Below are positions 39,216 through 53,003 of a stretch of DNA of 64,000 nt, piece by piece. How positions within the stretch are numbered: position 1 is the stretch's first letter; every line of letters begins with the position of its first letter. The position numbers and the translations under genes are program-made. The DNA comes from Octopus vulgaris (lineage: Eukaryota): the NCBI GenBank assembly GCA_951406725.2, contig OX597835.1, forward strand, positions 1,674,001-1,738,000. Reading direction: 5' to 3'. The notes under the pieces are model-generated. The model ran no database searches, was not told where the DNA came from, and was given only the letters and a program-made list of their open reading frames with translations.

Positions 39216-40408
39216 ACTCTTCCCTTGTATTACTCCCTTGTCTATCACTCCTGCCACTCCTGCCAATGTCTATGTTGCTCTTAACTTCTCATGCTTCTGG
39301 TACTCCTACTCTTGTTACTCCTCTTCGGATCACTTTCTCCTCTTCTCACTCTCACTGTTTTATCTTCTTGGCATGACCAAAGATAGTGAACAGCATTGTT
39401 TCCAGTGGATCTAGGGATGCCACGGGGCCTTTCTGGCTCTCTCCCCCTCTCTCTCTGTCTCTTACATTTATCACTCTAGCTCTCTTGTCCATTTTGAGGG
39501 ATCTGCATAAGGAATCTCATCAGATCTGCATCTACCCCACTCGCTCAACCTGTACTCCCTACTAGCCATTTAGTATTGGCATCCATCATTCACTCTCATC
39601 CTTCGATCCATAATTTTTCCATCCCTACCCTCTCTAGTGTTGGTGCCATGACATAAACTGGATTCAGTTCATTCTGTTAAGTGTTGGGGTGGAAGGATCC
39701 TTTACACTTGTCAAAGACATGACAATCTCTCTAGTTCTGGTGCCATAAAAATGCACTCAGTACACTCTGAAGTAGGTGATATTAAGAAGGACATCAAGCT
39801 ATAGAAGCCAAATAAGAAAAATAAATCTTATGAGAGGGATGTGGTCTTCTGACTCATCTGACCGAGCACCATTGACCTGTCCAAACTATGCTAGCATGGA
39901 CAACAGATACAAACTGACAATGATGCGGACAGGAGTATTTAATTTGTTCTTCTTTGTTGAGATAGAAAGTTGTGGACAGTAGTGTGATGACAACGAGTGT
40001 AACAAAAGTGTGTTGAATCTCAGTGGAATTGGGAATAAAAGAAGCAACAAACAAGACATCCCTCATCACACATTTTAGAATCTTATTTCATTGAGCTTAT
40101 TATGTGTTGTTGTTAAACGGTTCCTAAATATGGCTTTCAACAATTATTGAAAGGTTTTTTAGATCTGTTTCTGCTTTATAATAAATAATGACGTAAACAA
40201 TTTATATTAGATTCATTTTAAATTAGTATTGAAATCATAAATAAAACCTTTTTTTGCTTTTGCTTTCATGCAAACGAAAACCTTTTCACTTTTACATCCT
40301 TTTCAAGCAGCACTTTATATGTTCCCTTTGAAGTGTAACATATCAACAGGTAACCATCACCTGCAAAATAGCATTTTATACATGCATATTATTATCATCA
40401 TTATTATT

Positions 40409-42649
40409 GGGTTTTTTTAAACTTTTAATCTGCATGTTTGTTACAGTCACTTGCCAAGACACACCCAGCGTCCTGGGGCAAGTGAAGTATAGAGATGTTA
40501 CAGTATGACAGAAAGCTTGGGGAGGGGCAGTAGTGAAATATCTTCATGAAATACAACACAGACATTTAAACGGATAGGATTTTTCTAAAGATGTGGGCAG
40601 TACTTGTCAGCACAATCTTTTGCATTTCTCTGAGACATGGTTCTCCTGGGATATTATCTAGATGTTTCTGACACCCCTAGTTTTATCATACCTAGGGCAC
40701 CCACGATAACAGGACCAGTTCTGTTCTCGCTTTAAGATGCCACATCTTTTGTATTTCAATTTCCAGCTCCTTATATTTACTTAATTTGTCAAATTCCTTT
40801 ACAGATATATTTTTAACTGTGCGAACACTTATATCTATTAATCTGCAAGTATTTTCTTCCCTGTCTTTAATAATTATGTCTGGTCGATTAGCCTGGATTG
40901 TTCTGTTAGTGTTGACTGGAAAATTCCAGAGGATAGTGCTATTTTTACCTTCAATGACTGGCTCAGGGTGATGTTCATACCAGTAAGCAGGAGTGTTGAT
41001 TTTGTAGTGCTCACATATTTTCCCATGTAAATACTGTCCTACCCTATTATGGCAATTTTTGAGTTTGTTTGGTGTCAGCACAGAGCTCTGTAAGATTCCA
41101 GTTAATGATGTTAAAACTATATTGGACTACTGGAAGTGCCAGGGTGTTTATGGCTTCAATACGATTTTTGGAGTTGAGTTCAGTTTTTAGTTTGAGTCTT
41201 ATTCTCCTGTAAAACTTCTTTCTTATTTTTTCCTTCGTGATAGCCTGTTGTATACCATCTCCTTCGTTTATCCTCAGGTATTTGTGATTTTTTTGTGGGT
41301 CAAGCTCCTTGATGGTAGAGTCGGTATCTAATTCAATGGAAGCCATTTGCCTGAGCTTGCCTCTTACAAAAGTTGATTTAGCACACTTATCAAGACCAAA
41401 GTCCATCCCGATGTCATTGCGGAATTCTCTGACAGTTGTTAGCAGCCCTGCTAGTTCTTTATCATTTCTAGCAAACAGGTTCTGATCGTCCATATAAAAC
41501 AGATGGTTTATTGTCGTATTGTAAACTTTGAACCCATACCTGGTGTTATTTAGTTCGTTTGAGAGTGAGATCAGTGCCATGCCAAAGAGTAATGGGGAGA
41601 GGGGGTCACCTTGAAAGATGCCTCGTTTGATGTTGATCTTGTTAGTTTGGATCACTCTATTACTATGATTTAGGAGGAAACCTATGTTCCGCTTGGCCAT
41701 GCGACCTAGTAAGCATTCTGGAGATGACAGGAGGGATCTTATATACCTCAAGGGCCTTGAGTATCCAATTATGTGGGACACTATCAAAGGTTTTCCCGTA
41801 GTCTATCCATGCCATTCTCAGGTTCTTGTTTTTGCTTCAGCAATTCTCTACAGTCATTTCATTTGAGAGTAATTGATCTTTGCACCCATAAGAATTCCTT
41901 TTACAGCCTTTTTGAGCTTCTGGAAAAATAGATCTCTGTTCAAGGAAAGTGTATATTCTGTCAGTTAATATGGATGTGAGCATCTTGTAGGTGGTGTTGA
42001 AACATGTTATTGGTCAGTAATTCTTTGAATTTTTTATGTCTTCAGTTTTTGGTAGAAGGTATGTGGTTCCTTCGGTCAGCCAAGCAGGTATTTGCTCTGG
42101 GTTCTGGATGACATCAGTCAGCAAAATTTTGGTCTGCTTCTGTCAGACAATTTAGCCAGAAGTTAGGAATTCAGTCCAGTCCTGGGGTTTTCCATTTGTG
42201 AAACTTCCTAAGAACGCATCTTAGCTTTTCTACTCCTATTGCCTCCCATTTCTGCTCCTCATCTTCATCCAGTCTCACTTTCTCATGCTCTGTCCAGTCA
42301 GCTTTAGCATTATATTCTTTTTTGTTGCTCCATATCTTCTTCCAGAACTCTTTTCCATTTCCTCAGTCTTAGGTGGCTCCTTTACTTCCATATTACTTTT
42401 GCCAATTTCCCTATAAAATTTCTTTGCATCTACCTTGAATATGTTTTGTCATTAACATTTGATTCTTTTGTCATACCTTCTAAGCTGTTGGGCATTCACT
42501 TGTATTCATTGTTTCAATTGTTCCTTGGTTGCAGGGAGGTGTATAAAATCTTTGATTTTATATTTTTGCTTGATTTTTCTAGCTCGTTTCATCCTAACAT
42601 TTACTCCTCTAGCAAGTTCATTGAGAACTGATACATCCACCCACAGAGA
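40409..42649 (-). mobile_element. R4/Dong-clade non-LTR retrotransposon, 5'-truncated (RT plus restriction-like endonuclease), pseudogenised
   Basis: KRGIFQGDPLSPLLF, NHLFYMDD and GMDFGLDKCA (RT); HNRVGQYLH...ILW.FPV.T...ANRPDIII.D...CRLIDIS...K..KY.EL (RLE); C-terminus QKIVLTSTAHIFRKILSV*; TAT repeats on both sides. Confidence 0.9.
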
Positions 42650-42674
42650 TTATTATTATTATTATTATTATTAT

Positions 42675-43011
42675 TTTTTTCTTCTTTCAAATTTGTTTCC
42701 ATTTCTTGCCGGGTGTCTTCCCGACTCCTAGGGCAAAGAAACTGATAGTATACATTGTTAGGCCATTAAACTAAACTCAATAGTTCGTTCATTTTTTTTT
42801 TTTTAAGTTAAATTAAAATACATGGGTAGTAATATTTCTTACATCGACAATGCTCTTCTCAGTACGTGTGATGTACCAGTTAAGACAATCTTTTGCACTT
42901 CTAGCAGGAATGGTAAGCCAGGGATCATTCTCATATAATTTTCGGTTCCCTTCTTGATCATTCCTAGTGCTCCTACGATCATTGGTATTGTAACCGCCTT
43001 GAGAGTTTGAA

Positions 43012-43012
<1 letters not shown>
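42675..43012 (-). mobile_element. Second R4/Dong-like 3' fragment
   Basis: Minus strand LKAVTIPMIVGALGMIKKGTENYMRMIPGLPFLLEVQKIVLTGTSHVLRRALSM*, homologous to the C-terminus above; bounded by (TAT)n. Confidence 0.8.
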
Positions 43013-43058
<46 letters not shown>

Positions 43059-43729
43059 GATTGTTATTGTTATTGAGTGAGAGAGCAGCACATGCCATCA
43101 AAGTGATGCTGGGGTACAAATATATGAAGCTCTATACCCATCTAACAAGGGTACACCATGCACATGCATCACACCCACATGTGTGTGACATAGTGACCTC
43201 ATATCAAGATGAACAGTGCATTACTTTGCAATTGGAGCCCAGTGAGAATTTTCTTCGGGTTCAGTAGCTCATCCAGCTCAAAAAGGTCCCTGAGTAACGC
43301 TATTTTAAAGATGATGAACGAAATATATGTTTCCAGAGGTGAATTATTCAAACTCCAAAGAATCCCTCTCGACACATGGCTATGCCGTGGCTTTTGATGT
43401 GCACACATGCACTCAAGTTGTGCCACCTGCAATGATATCTAGAAGGTGAATGTGTGTGCACTCTGTTTGTGAGGCAGATATTTCTGCAACTCGTCTCTTT
43501 GACGGAGCTGCAGCTCTGGGTGAAGGGTAGACCAAGACTGGGTGCCTGGCACTCAGATTATTGTCAAGCACTCACTGTCCTCTACCAGTCAGGCAAAATA
43601 GGATTGGTGGATATTCCACTTTAGCTATTTATAGAGGATTAGTTGTGGGAGACTGTAGTGTTGATGAAGATTAACTGACTAGGCTATTCTGGAGGACTTT
43701 TCGGTTGGAGATTATTATGAATGATTTCC

Positions 43730-44447
43730 AGCTGTCTTTGGCTTGGCAGTGCCACTGGTTTGAGATAAACTCTACAGGCATGGGTGATGTGCTGTCAGAC
43801 AGGCTTCTCCGAGGCGCATGCACTCGTTCAGTGTCCGGGCATTGCTGACTTGTGGAGTTATGTCAAACAGCTGCTGTTGCATGTGGGATGGACCCGTCTG
43901 TTGTCTGAGTCCAGAGTGATGATTGCCCTGCCATCCTCCTTTGATTGGGCAGGCAAGGTAGTTTTCCTTTGCCTTGTGGCTGTGGCGAAAGTGGTTGTCT
44001 GGTGGATGAGGCTGAAAGGAATGAAGACAGAGACATTTCTCTTTGGTAAAGCCCTCATCGACTTTTTCCAGTTTCACTTGAAAAGGAAAGTGAGGGTGGA
44101 GAGGGAGGTGCTGTCCTCAAATGACTTGATGAAAAAAAGGTGGGTGAAAGTTGTGAAAATGGCAAGAGTGGATGGTAGCACTCTTAGTGTAGACCTGTGA
44201 GTCAGAGGAAAGGAGTTGGAAAAGGTATCTGTCCATGGTATTCAGGATGATCTTGCATGGTAAAGTTCCTTGATCTTCCCTAGAGGGCCACCTGTGCCAG
44301 GAGGAGCCTCACCATCACAATTTGTTTCCCTTTATTGCTGTATACTTCACCTCTTTTAATGTATACTGTGTTTGCTTTTTTTTGTCTTTATGTTTGTCTT
44401 TGTATTGTCCCCCCCCCCTCATCCTTTGCCCTGGTGGAAAATAAAGA

Positions 44448-44455
<8 letters not shown>
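43730..44455 (+). mobile_element. Tx1/L1-clade LINE 3' fragment
   Basis: HALVQCP...LWSYV...FLCLVAVAKVVVWWMR...FF.FHLKRKVRVER resembles the zinc-knuckle C-terminus of L1/Tx1 ORF2; ends AATAAAG followed by (ATA)n. Confidence 0.65.
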
Positions 44456-44480
<25 letters not shown>

Positions 44481-45316
44481 TATAATAATAATAATTATAA
44501 TAGATTTCAGTTATTCAAATCTGGTTTCTACCAAGCACACAATCAAATGTCATCTATATATCTATATATTTTGTTGTTTCAAAACATATTGGTCTCAGTT
44601 TTTGGCTTAAACTGTAGTTGAGGAAGGTCATGCATACAAGTGTGTGTGTGTGTGTTTTGTAATAGATTGATTGTTTTAGGTTGCTTTTGGGAAAATCACG
44701 AATGTTATAATATCCTGTTTCATTTTTCTCTTATAACTAACCTTATTGTTTATTGCTATCTAAAATATTGCCAAGTATATAATGTTAATTTCCTCTTTGT
44801 AATTATCAACCTTTGATTCAAGTTGTCGGATTATCATTTTCACAGTTTGGTGCCACCATCTGGTAGTTGTTGGGTGAATTGAAGAGAATTCACTTCACTG
44901 CAAGCATTCAAAGAAGATCCTCTTTTATGTCATCAAACACTTCCGTGTCATGAATTGGGGAAGGTCTGTAACAGTCATTGCCTATGCAGGGATGTGTTCA
45001 GCTGCACACACATTGCTGTGTGCTTTAAGAGTCCACTTCCCAACCACATGGGGTTTTGGGGTTCAATCCTGCTATGTGACCCCTTTAGTGAAGGCCTTCT
45101 TCTACAACCCCAGCTTGACCAATGCCCTGTGAATGAATTTGGCAGAGGGAAAATGTGTGGAAGCTTGTCTCATACACACACACACACACACACATAAACA
45201 TACACACACAGAGTGAGTGGACAAATGCAAAAGATAGATACTGAAGACATTTGGTACAATAATATACATACATGCATACATACATACACACACACATACA
45301 TATATGCATACATGCA

Positions 45317-45349
<33 letters not shown>

Positions 45350-45989
45350 TGTTATTGTTATATTTGGGGATGGTCATATATTTTTGCCAATTAACCACAT
45401 ATGCTATTATGGTGCATGTGGTTAATTGGCTAAAAACATGATCATCCCCAAATGTAACAATATCTGTTTCAACACACGATTTCACATAAGGAATCTTGCA
45501 AAATGAATGCATCAACGTATACACACACACACACATATGTATTTATCATCCTCATTTAATATCCATCTTTCATGCTAGCATGAACTGAAGGACTACATTG
45601 AGCCCTAATGTCTGTTTTGGCCATGGTGTACACACACACATGTGTGTTGTGTGTGTGTTTATATTTGTTCGCACTCCGCTTGACAGCCAGTGTTGGTTTC
45701 TTTAGAGCCTTGTAATTTACCAGTTCAGCAAAAATGTTTTGATTGAATGAACACCTGTCTTAAAAAAAAGTTAAAAAAATATTTACTGGGGTCAAGTTGA
45801 ACTCAACCCTTCATGGTGGTGCCCCAGCATGGCCATAATCCAGCGATTGAAACAAGTAAAAGAATATATCCTATTCAATCACTATAATCATGTAAACTTT
45901 GTGTTTTAAACAAAAGTTGATGATGGAGATGAAAAATCCAAAAGTCGATAACTTGTAAACCCTTTCAATGTCGTATTGCTTGCCATTTG

Positions 45990-46830
45990 GTTTGGCCCTT
46001 TTCTTTCTTATATAACAATATGACCAAATATGTTTTGGGACAAATTAGGGCAGTAAGCTACAGTTATCTCCTTTGTTGAGACCTGCAATACCTTCTCTTT
46101 TTAAATGTTTAATTTTGTTGCTTATAGGATCCCATGCATTTTGTGCAGGGGTCTGGCCATTTACTCAGTACAGGGGTTATCATTAGCTCTAAACCAGTCT
46201 TTCATGCATTTTGCAGAGTTGCAGGATGCCCCCATCCTCTTGGGTGATTATATGAGTGAAGAGACAACTTTTGTTCTTTGGAATATCCTGGTTGATTTTA
46301 AAGTCTATGGATGTACATTGTGGCATTATCGAAATCCCAGCTCTTCCCTCTTCAGAAACAACTCCCTCCTATGGAGTGAGCACTGCTAACTCTTGTCCTA
46401 TAAGTGTATTCTTTGGATTGTACTTTTGAGTTGACGGATTACAAAGGAAAAAACTGAGATGCAAATCGCTTGATGCCTCTGTCGTCTCTAACCATGACTT
46501 GTTCTCTTTAGACCAGTTTCTCTGATTCCTGTAAAATTGCAGATGAAGCTGGATGTTTTTCTGTGACCAACTCGATCCAGTCAGGCGAGTAATGCCAGAC
46601 CAATGCAACCCATCCATGCCAGATATCCTGATTGCATGATGCACTTTGAGTATCTGACCTGGGTTTTAATTCCGCTGGTCTTTCAGTTGCTGAAATATCT
46701 CATCTGTGAAAACCACAACTCCAGAGGATAATAGTAGCTTTGCAAACTGAACTGGTTGGATCTGGTCAGTTTGTTGTCTGTTCGTTTGCTCAGCATCCAC
46801 TGATATTTGCCATTGATTCAATAAAATTCA
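45990..46830 (-). mobile_element. Very decayed Tc1-like transposase remnant
   Basis: Minus strand VVFTDE (~46700) and QEDG.SCNSAKCMKDWFRAND....KWPDP...NAWD (~46130-46250), matching the DDE motifs. Confidence 0.6.
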
Positions 46831-47306
46831 TTTGTGTTAGCCTTTCTCTTCCTTTTTCTTTTTTTTTTTTTCCATATTGGATGAGTAGTGGTAGTGAGAG
46901 ATTGGATGATGGTGAAAGTGGTAGTTATTCCATTTTACAATTTCCTAAAGTGAAAACACAATAACCTTGAACATGGAAAATTAAGAGTGTGTTCCATATA
47001 TGGGGAAATGATTAAGAAAGTGCAATTTATGTGAAGTGACTTTACATTAAGAAATGGAACATACAATTTCCTGTAATTCAGACTGCTTCATGGTCCCAGC
47101 CGACAAAATGGAGAAGGTGTTACCCCAGTGGATGGTGTGGGAGATGCAATGGAACAGCCACTCTGACTCACTGAAGATTGCACTTGCAGACAACCATCTC
47201 CGCTCTGATAGCAGTGAGCAGGGATATGACCCAGAGGCTGTGTCTTGCAATTAGATTTAGATTTTTCTGCAACTAACTTCTTATTGTCAATTACTGTTGC
47301 TGGCAA

Positions 47307-47397
47307 ATGCGTGTGTAAACCATTGCTACATGTATACATGCATGTGTATACCATTGCTACATGTATACATGCGTGTATATACCGTTGCTACATGTAA
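47307..47397. repeat. 31-bp tandem repeat x3
   Basis: ATGCGTGTGTAAACCATTGCTACATGTATAC units containing the palindrome CATGTATACATG. Confidence 0.8.
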
Positions 47398-48024
47398 ATG
47401 AGTATTCAACACAAAGACGAAGAATCATGATGAAGTGAGTTATTGTAGAAACCAGTAGATGTCCCTGAATGTTTCCATAAGGTTAATATTTTCTTTATAT
47501 GGGTGCATCTGAGATTTAGTTATGTTTTGGTTTATATTTATATTCCAGTGTTGGTCATATCCCCATCTTATTTCTAATCAGCTGTTGAGCACTCTCACAA
47601 AATAAATGGTTTGAGTCAATGAATTAAATTGTGCCTTGGAAGTTTATCTTTTATTTCGTACTTGTTTCACTCATTAAACTGTGGCCCAGCTGAAGAATTT
47701 TAGTCAAATTCAATGACCCCAGCCCACTGCTTATTCTATTGGTCTTTTTTGCCTAACCCCAAAGTTTTGGGGATGTAAACACACCTACACTGGTTGTCAA
47801 GTAGTAGTAGAAGACAAACATACACACAAATACACACATATCGTGGGTTTCTTTCAGTTTCTGTTTACCAAATCCTCTCACAAGGCTTTGGTCAGCTTGA
47901 GGCTAAAGTAGATGACACTTGCACAAGGTGCCATGCAGTGGGACTGAACCTGGAACCATGTGGTTGGGAAGTAAACTTCTTAGGTTTATGTCTCTCTAGT
48001 TACCACGCACACACAAAACTCATA

Positions 48025-48070
<46 letters not shown>

Positions 48071-48148
48071 TCATGTGTACACCTACACAACTTGTGCACA
48101 CATAAGTGCACACAGAAGCACACAAAATTCATGTACATAAACAAACAA

Positions 48149-48187
<39 letters not shown>

Positions 48188-49019
48188 ATCCATATATAAA
48201 TAAATAATCACTTAAGCATTATACACTTGTTCATCAGCGTTCATATTAAACCCCAGTCTTTTATGAAGATATCTATCTGTTTAATCTGATGTCAGCAAGT
48301 TTGTACATGTTGGTGGACGAACAGCATTGACTAGACATTGTGTGTAATGATGTGTAACCATGAGTTTCCTGTATAACCGACAGGCTCACGTAGGGGACAC
48401 CGTTACTGGCTTACAGTTTGTGGTTGTTGCTATTGATCTGAATGAACAGATCTACAATCAAAGCCATCTCCGTTTTGTGCATCTTCTTTCACATTTTTTT
48501 TTTCTTTTTCAGGTGTAGTTTATAAGGATCACATAATTCAAGGTGTTTCTCATTTCTTTAAGATGGCAGAGTGTGATTTAAGGGAGATTTAGCTCCTATT
48601 TCTAGCAGACCAAATAGCCATGTAACTATCCCTTTGTTTGGCTTATCACTGGTGGTATTTGTTCACCAGTAGAACTACACTAGTTGATAATTAAGTCCCT
48701 TGTCTTTGGCCCCAGTGCGGTGTTGGTGACAAGAAGTGAACCAGCAACCTGTTGACTGGCCACTGCTCTGTCAATATGGCTTACTGTGTTGTTTATGGAA
48801 TCATAAAATCTTCAGTAAACCATTCTTTGTCTTCATGGTTCATTGTGTCTCTGATAATCTGTTGTATTATTGAATAAAATATTGCCATCCCAAGTTCTCT
48901 CTCTCTCACACACTCAAATGCACTCATATGCATACACACACAAACACACAAATATACACATATACACACATATACACACACAAACACAGAAACCTATGTA
49001 CAAAAACACCTATGCACAC

Positions 49020-49580
49020 TAATTAGCAGTGGAAGAGGTTGTACAGAAAGCGTAGCTGCTAGAATAAGAATAGGATGGAGAAAGTTCAAAGAGCTTTTAC
49101 CTCCATTGGCAACCAAAGATCTCTCTCTCCGAGTGAAAGGAAGAGTGTATGATGCATGTGTATAAACTGTAGCGCTACATGATAGTGAGATGTGGGCCCT
49201 GAATGCAGGAGACGTGAAGGCTGGAGAGGAACAAAGCTGGTGGTATGCTCTGCAGGATGTGCAGTGTCAGTGTGCTTGTGCGACAGAGCATTGGTGCATT
49301 GAGGGAGAAGTTTGGCCTAAGAGAGGAATTGTATGCAGTGTGCAAGAGAGGAGACTGTGCTGGTTTGGTCATGTGATGTGGATGAATGGGCACAGCGGCA
49401 TAAAGAAGTACCAATCACTTAGAGTGGAAGGAAGTTGTGGAAGAGGAGACGCAGGAAGACATGGGACGAAATAGTCAAGGCCGATTTCCAAATGCTGGGC
49501 CTTATGAAGGAGATGACAGAGGACTGAGATATGTGGTGCATTGCTGTATTCAAGAAGACCTGCCCACCACAACAGAGTTG
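49020..49580 (+). mobile_element. RTE (BovB-like) LINE 3' fragment
   Basis: GCTESVAARIRIGWRKFKELLPPL..KDLSLRVKGRVYDACV*...SEMWAL; RRLCWFGHV; VEGSCGRG. Confidence 0.85.
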
Positions 49581-52029
49581 AGATCTTAAAACCAAGGTGT
49601 CACATAAAAAGCATTGGTGTGGTGCTGGTGCCATGTAAAAAGCGCTGGTGCTGGTGCCACGTTAAAAACACCCAGTACAATCTGTAAAGTGGTGTTAGGA
49701 AGGGCATCCAGCTGTAGAGACCAAACCAAAACAGAATATGGAACTTAATGTGGCCTCTGGCTTTGCTAATTCCTGTGAAGCTGTCAAATCCATACCAGCA
49801 TAGAAAATGGGCGTTAACTGATGACGACAACGACAACACATACAAACACACACACACAAACACACAAATGCACACAGAGTGTCCACTTTATTTACTCTTT
49901 CTGTTGTTATGACAATGGCATCGGCTCTTTTGAACCAGTTCCCTTCATCACTTCCCCCTTCCTTCCAGCTAAGCCTTCCCAACTCACCCATTTCTCTTTC
50001 TAAAACCTGCGCCCCCCCCTCCACTCTTGCTGTGTCTCGCCTCCCTCATTCTCTGTAATTCATTAATAAAGAAAAAGGAAGTTACTGTCTTGACCATACG
50101 GTTTATGTCTTATTCTTTTATTCTAGTTATTGGACTGTGGCCAACAATCCTTCAGAAAACAAGACATTTTCTAGGGAGTCACTCACAGTTGTTGACTTGA
50201 CTGGAAGGACATGAGGTGACCAATTGAACCATTGGTCATTAATTATTAACCTGTTTCTAGACGAAGCACTTATTTGTGACCATAGTGAAGACTCTTAGTT
50301 CACAATGGCTCAGTCCACCTAGCTGTAAATAGGAAACACTTATTAAAACTGATTCTGACTGTCTCCTTAGTTGGCTGTAGTATGACAGGAGGGGACTAAG
50401 CAGACATCCTGCAAATGCTACAGGAAGACAAAATGCTTCCAGTGTATCTCATAATGCATTGTCCATAATCAGAGTAGATTATGAGACACACCCATAGCCT
50501 TTCTTTCATATTCCATTTGAAATTTCAAGCTCTTCTAGTTAAGTTTCACTAAATACTTTCTTTCTTGTTCTTTCATCAATGAAAATTAAAATGGAATGTT
50601 AATTTTTGATTGACCTTCATTAGATTTCAATGAAGATTCAGTGTGTTAGAAGAGTGTATGGAAATACCAAGTGGGATGGGTGTTACATCAGTCCCTGTTC
50701 CCTTTTAAATAGTTTCCTTGTGAATTGACAGTCATGTGATCATCAGACAAAAGCCTTGTAGTGTTTATTTGTGCTTCTCGCATTTTGAGTTCAAATCGTG
50801 TCGTGGTCATCTTTGCTTTTTGTTGTTCTAGGTTTGGTAAATAAAATACTAGTCTACCTGTGCTTTTTACAAGGTGTCCCATCTGATGGAATTGTTAGGC
50901 CACCAGATGGGATACCTTGTGGTATTGGTTCCAGTGCTTTGTGTTCTGAGTTCAAAACCCATTGTGGCGTACCTGGGTGGTAGACTCAAAATGTCTCCCT
51001 GCTTATCACCACTACCTGGTTTTTGGATACCTTTAACAGAGTCCACTATGTTTAACACCACCATCTGGTCTTTGGGTACCTGTAGCAGAGTCCACCCTGT
51101 TGCATGTATTGAGGCCAAGTCTTCAGTTTGGGTATCCCTTCCTCCTCTCTCCCTCCCACCAATCTCAGAGACTTTGTAAAGGGCTATAAAGGGTACTGCC
51201 CTTCTCTTCTGACTAAAGAATTTTAAAAAATAAACATACTTGGAAGCATCATTTTAGTTTTAGATATAATTTCTTTGTGTATTAACTCCATCTTTAGAGA
51301 GGAAATTTCTTTTTACAAAAGCTACATCTACCCTACATTTTGATCTGTATTAGTGGCTAATTAGATAAAATGCTATTAATTACCCGTAAAACAGGGTCCT
51401 TAGTTTGATTCCTGCTGGGAATTACAAATATATCCAGGAATAAGACACTCAGTGATGATTGGAATGTTGCATAGATGTAAAAATAGAAAGAACATTTTTT
51501 TTCATTTCAAAAGTTGAGATATTTGTTCCAAAAAATTGTAATCTTATTAACTACAGACATTTAGATATTTAATTATTTTAAAGATGTTGCTGAATTTTAG
51601 CTTGGAGTGAAATAAATTAGAAATATTTTGTTTGATAACTTCTCTTGAATTTTTTTTGTGTGTTGCAGGAGTTACCTTCAAAACTTGCTATGCAGCAGAA
51701 AAATGGCTATAATAATATCCACTTTTCAAATCCACTAGCAATCTGTTTATAAATATATTGAAAAAAATAGCCATAAGCTGGCATTTTTTTTTTATTTCTT
51801 TCCTGAATTTTATTTACTTACATATTTTTTTCAGGCAGGAACAAATTTTGTTTTTCTTAGAATCTGTTTTAATGGCAGTATAATTAACATTTATTTTTAC
51901 TTATACAGATTTTGCCATTTAGTAATGAATATCAATTTGGGTGCAGCAGATATCTGTTTTCTCTACTGTTTTTAGTTGCCACAATATATTTGTTCTGTTG
52001 TTCATTGGTATAATAACTCTTGTGTACAT

Positions 52030-52560
52030 AATGGTGAGACTAATTAGTTTTGGTTTCCAGTTATTTGTGGGCAATGCCCTTCCATTCCCGGGTACGTTGT
52101 GGGTTAATTTTCTTTGACCTCCGGAGGAATGTAAGCGGATTTTTATTTTGTAATGTAATTATTGTAATTATTTTGTTTTTGTATTTGGTTTGCAAGATTC
52201 TTTATGTGGATTTGTGTGTTGAAGTATATTTTATTGTCTGGGGAGAGTCGTTCTCTTTTAATACCTGTCCAATTTCCACTCATTTACTTATTTCTTTTTT
52301 CCATATAAATAAATAAGTAAACGAGTGGAAATTGAACTGGTGAGTGTGTTAAGTAATAAGGCATTAAAAGGGAATGACTCCTTCCACACACAATAAAGTA
52401 TGGAATTATATTTGTCCACAAGTGTTGTAAGGATAATAGGTTTTGATCTCTTGTGTTGTATGGGTAATTCTCTTAGGTTCCTCGGGTAGGATGGGTAACT
52501 CTGTTTGGTTTTCAGGGTTGTTTGGGTAACTCTTTAGTTCCCAGAATTGTGTGTGTAATT
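52030..52560. mobile_element. Penelope-like terminal-repeat fragments in inverted arrangement
   Basis: GGGAGAGTCGTTCTCTTTTAATACCT / AGGCATTAAAAGGGAATGACTCCTTCC and CAATTTCCACTCATTTACT / AGTAAACGAGTGGAAATTG inverted pairs; shares TTGCAAGATTC...GTGTGTTGAA with 21430-21475 and 45455-45500. Confidence 0.45.
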
Positions 52561-52614
52561 TTCTTTTGTCTCTTGGTGTGTGGGTATTATTTTTTTGTAC
52601 CCAAGCAGTACATA

Positions 52615-53003
52615 GGTGCAGGAGTGGCTGTGTGGTAAATAGCTTGCTTACCAACCACATGGTTCCGTGTTCAGTCCCACTGCATGGCACCTTGGGCAAG
52701 TGTCTTCTACTAATAGCCTCGGGCCGACCAAACCCTTGTGAGTGGATTTGGCAGGCGGAAACTGAAAGAAGCCCATCATATATATGTGTGTGTGTGTGTG
52801 TGTGTGTTTGTCCCCCGAACATCACTTGACAACCGATGCTGGTGTGTTTACGTCACCATAACTTAGCAGTTCGTCAAAAAGAGACTGATAGAATAAGTAC
52901 TAGGCTTACAAAGAATAAGTCCTGGGGTTGATTTGCTTAACTAAAGGTGGTGCTCCAGCATGGCCACAGTGAAATGACTGAAACAACCAAAAGAATAAAA
53001 GAG
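52615..53003 (+). mobile_element. Family A SINE, best full-length copy (tRNA head + CORE-like block + microsatellite + tail; OR1/OR2-type by inference)
   Basis: A-box-like TGGCTGTGTGG, B-box-like GTTCAGTCCC, GCACCTTGGGCAAGTGTCTT (similar to CORE GACCTTGGGCAAGT), AAAAGAAT tail; more than 20 partial or full copies in the window. Confidence 0.88.

Noticed and set aside
40692-41787. Intact RT/nuclease gene or retron-like defence system
   Set aside because: Frameshifted, internally deleted, 5'-truncated eukaryotic R4/Dong retrotransposon.
51350-51425. Possible tRNA gene
   Set aside because: Only a vague A/B-box resemblance; the stems do not pair. At most a very decayed tRNA-derived fragment.
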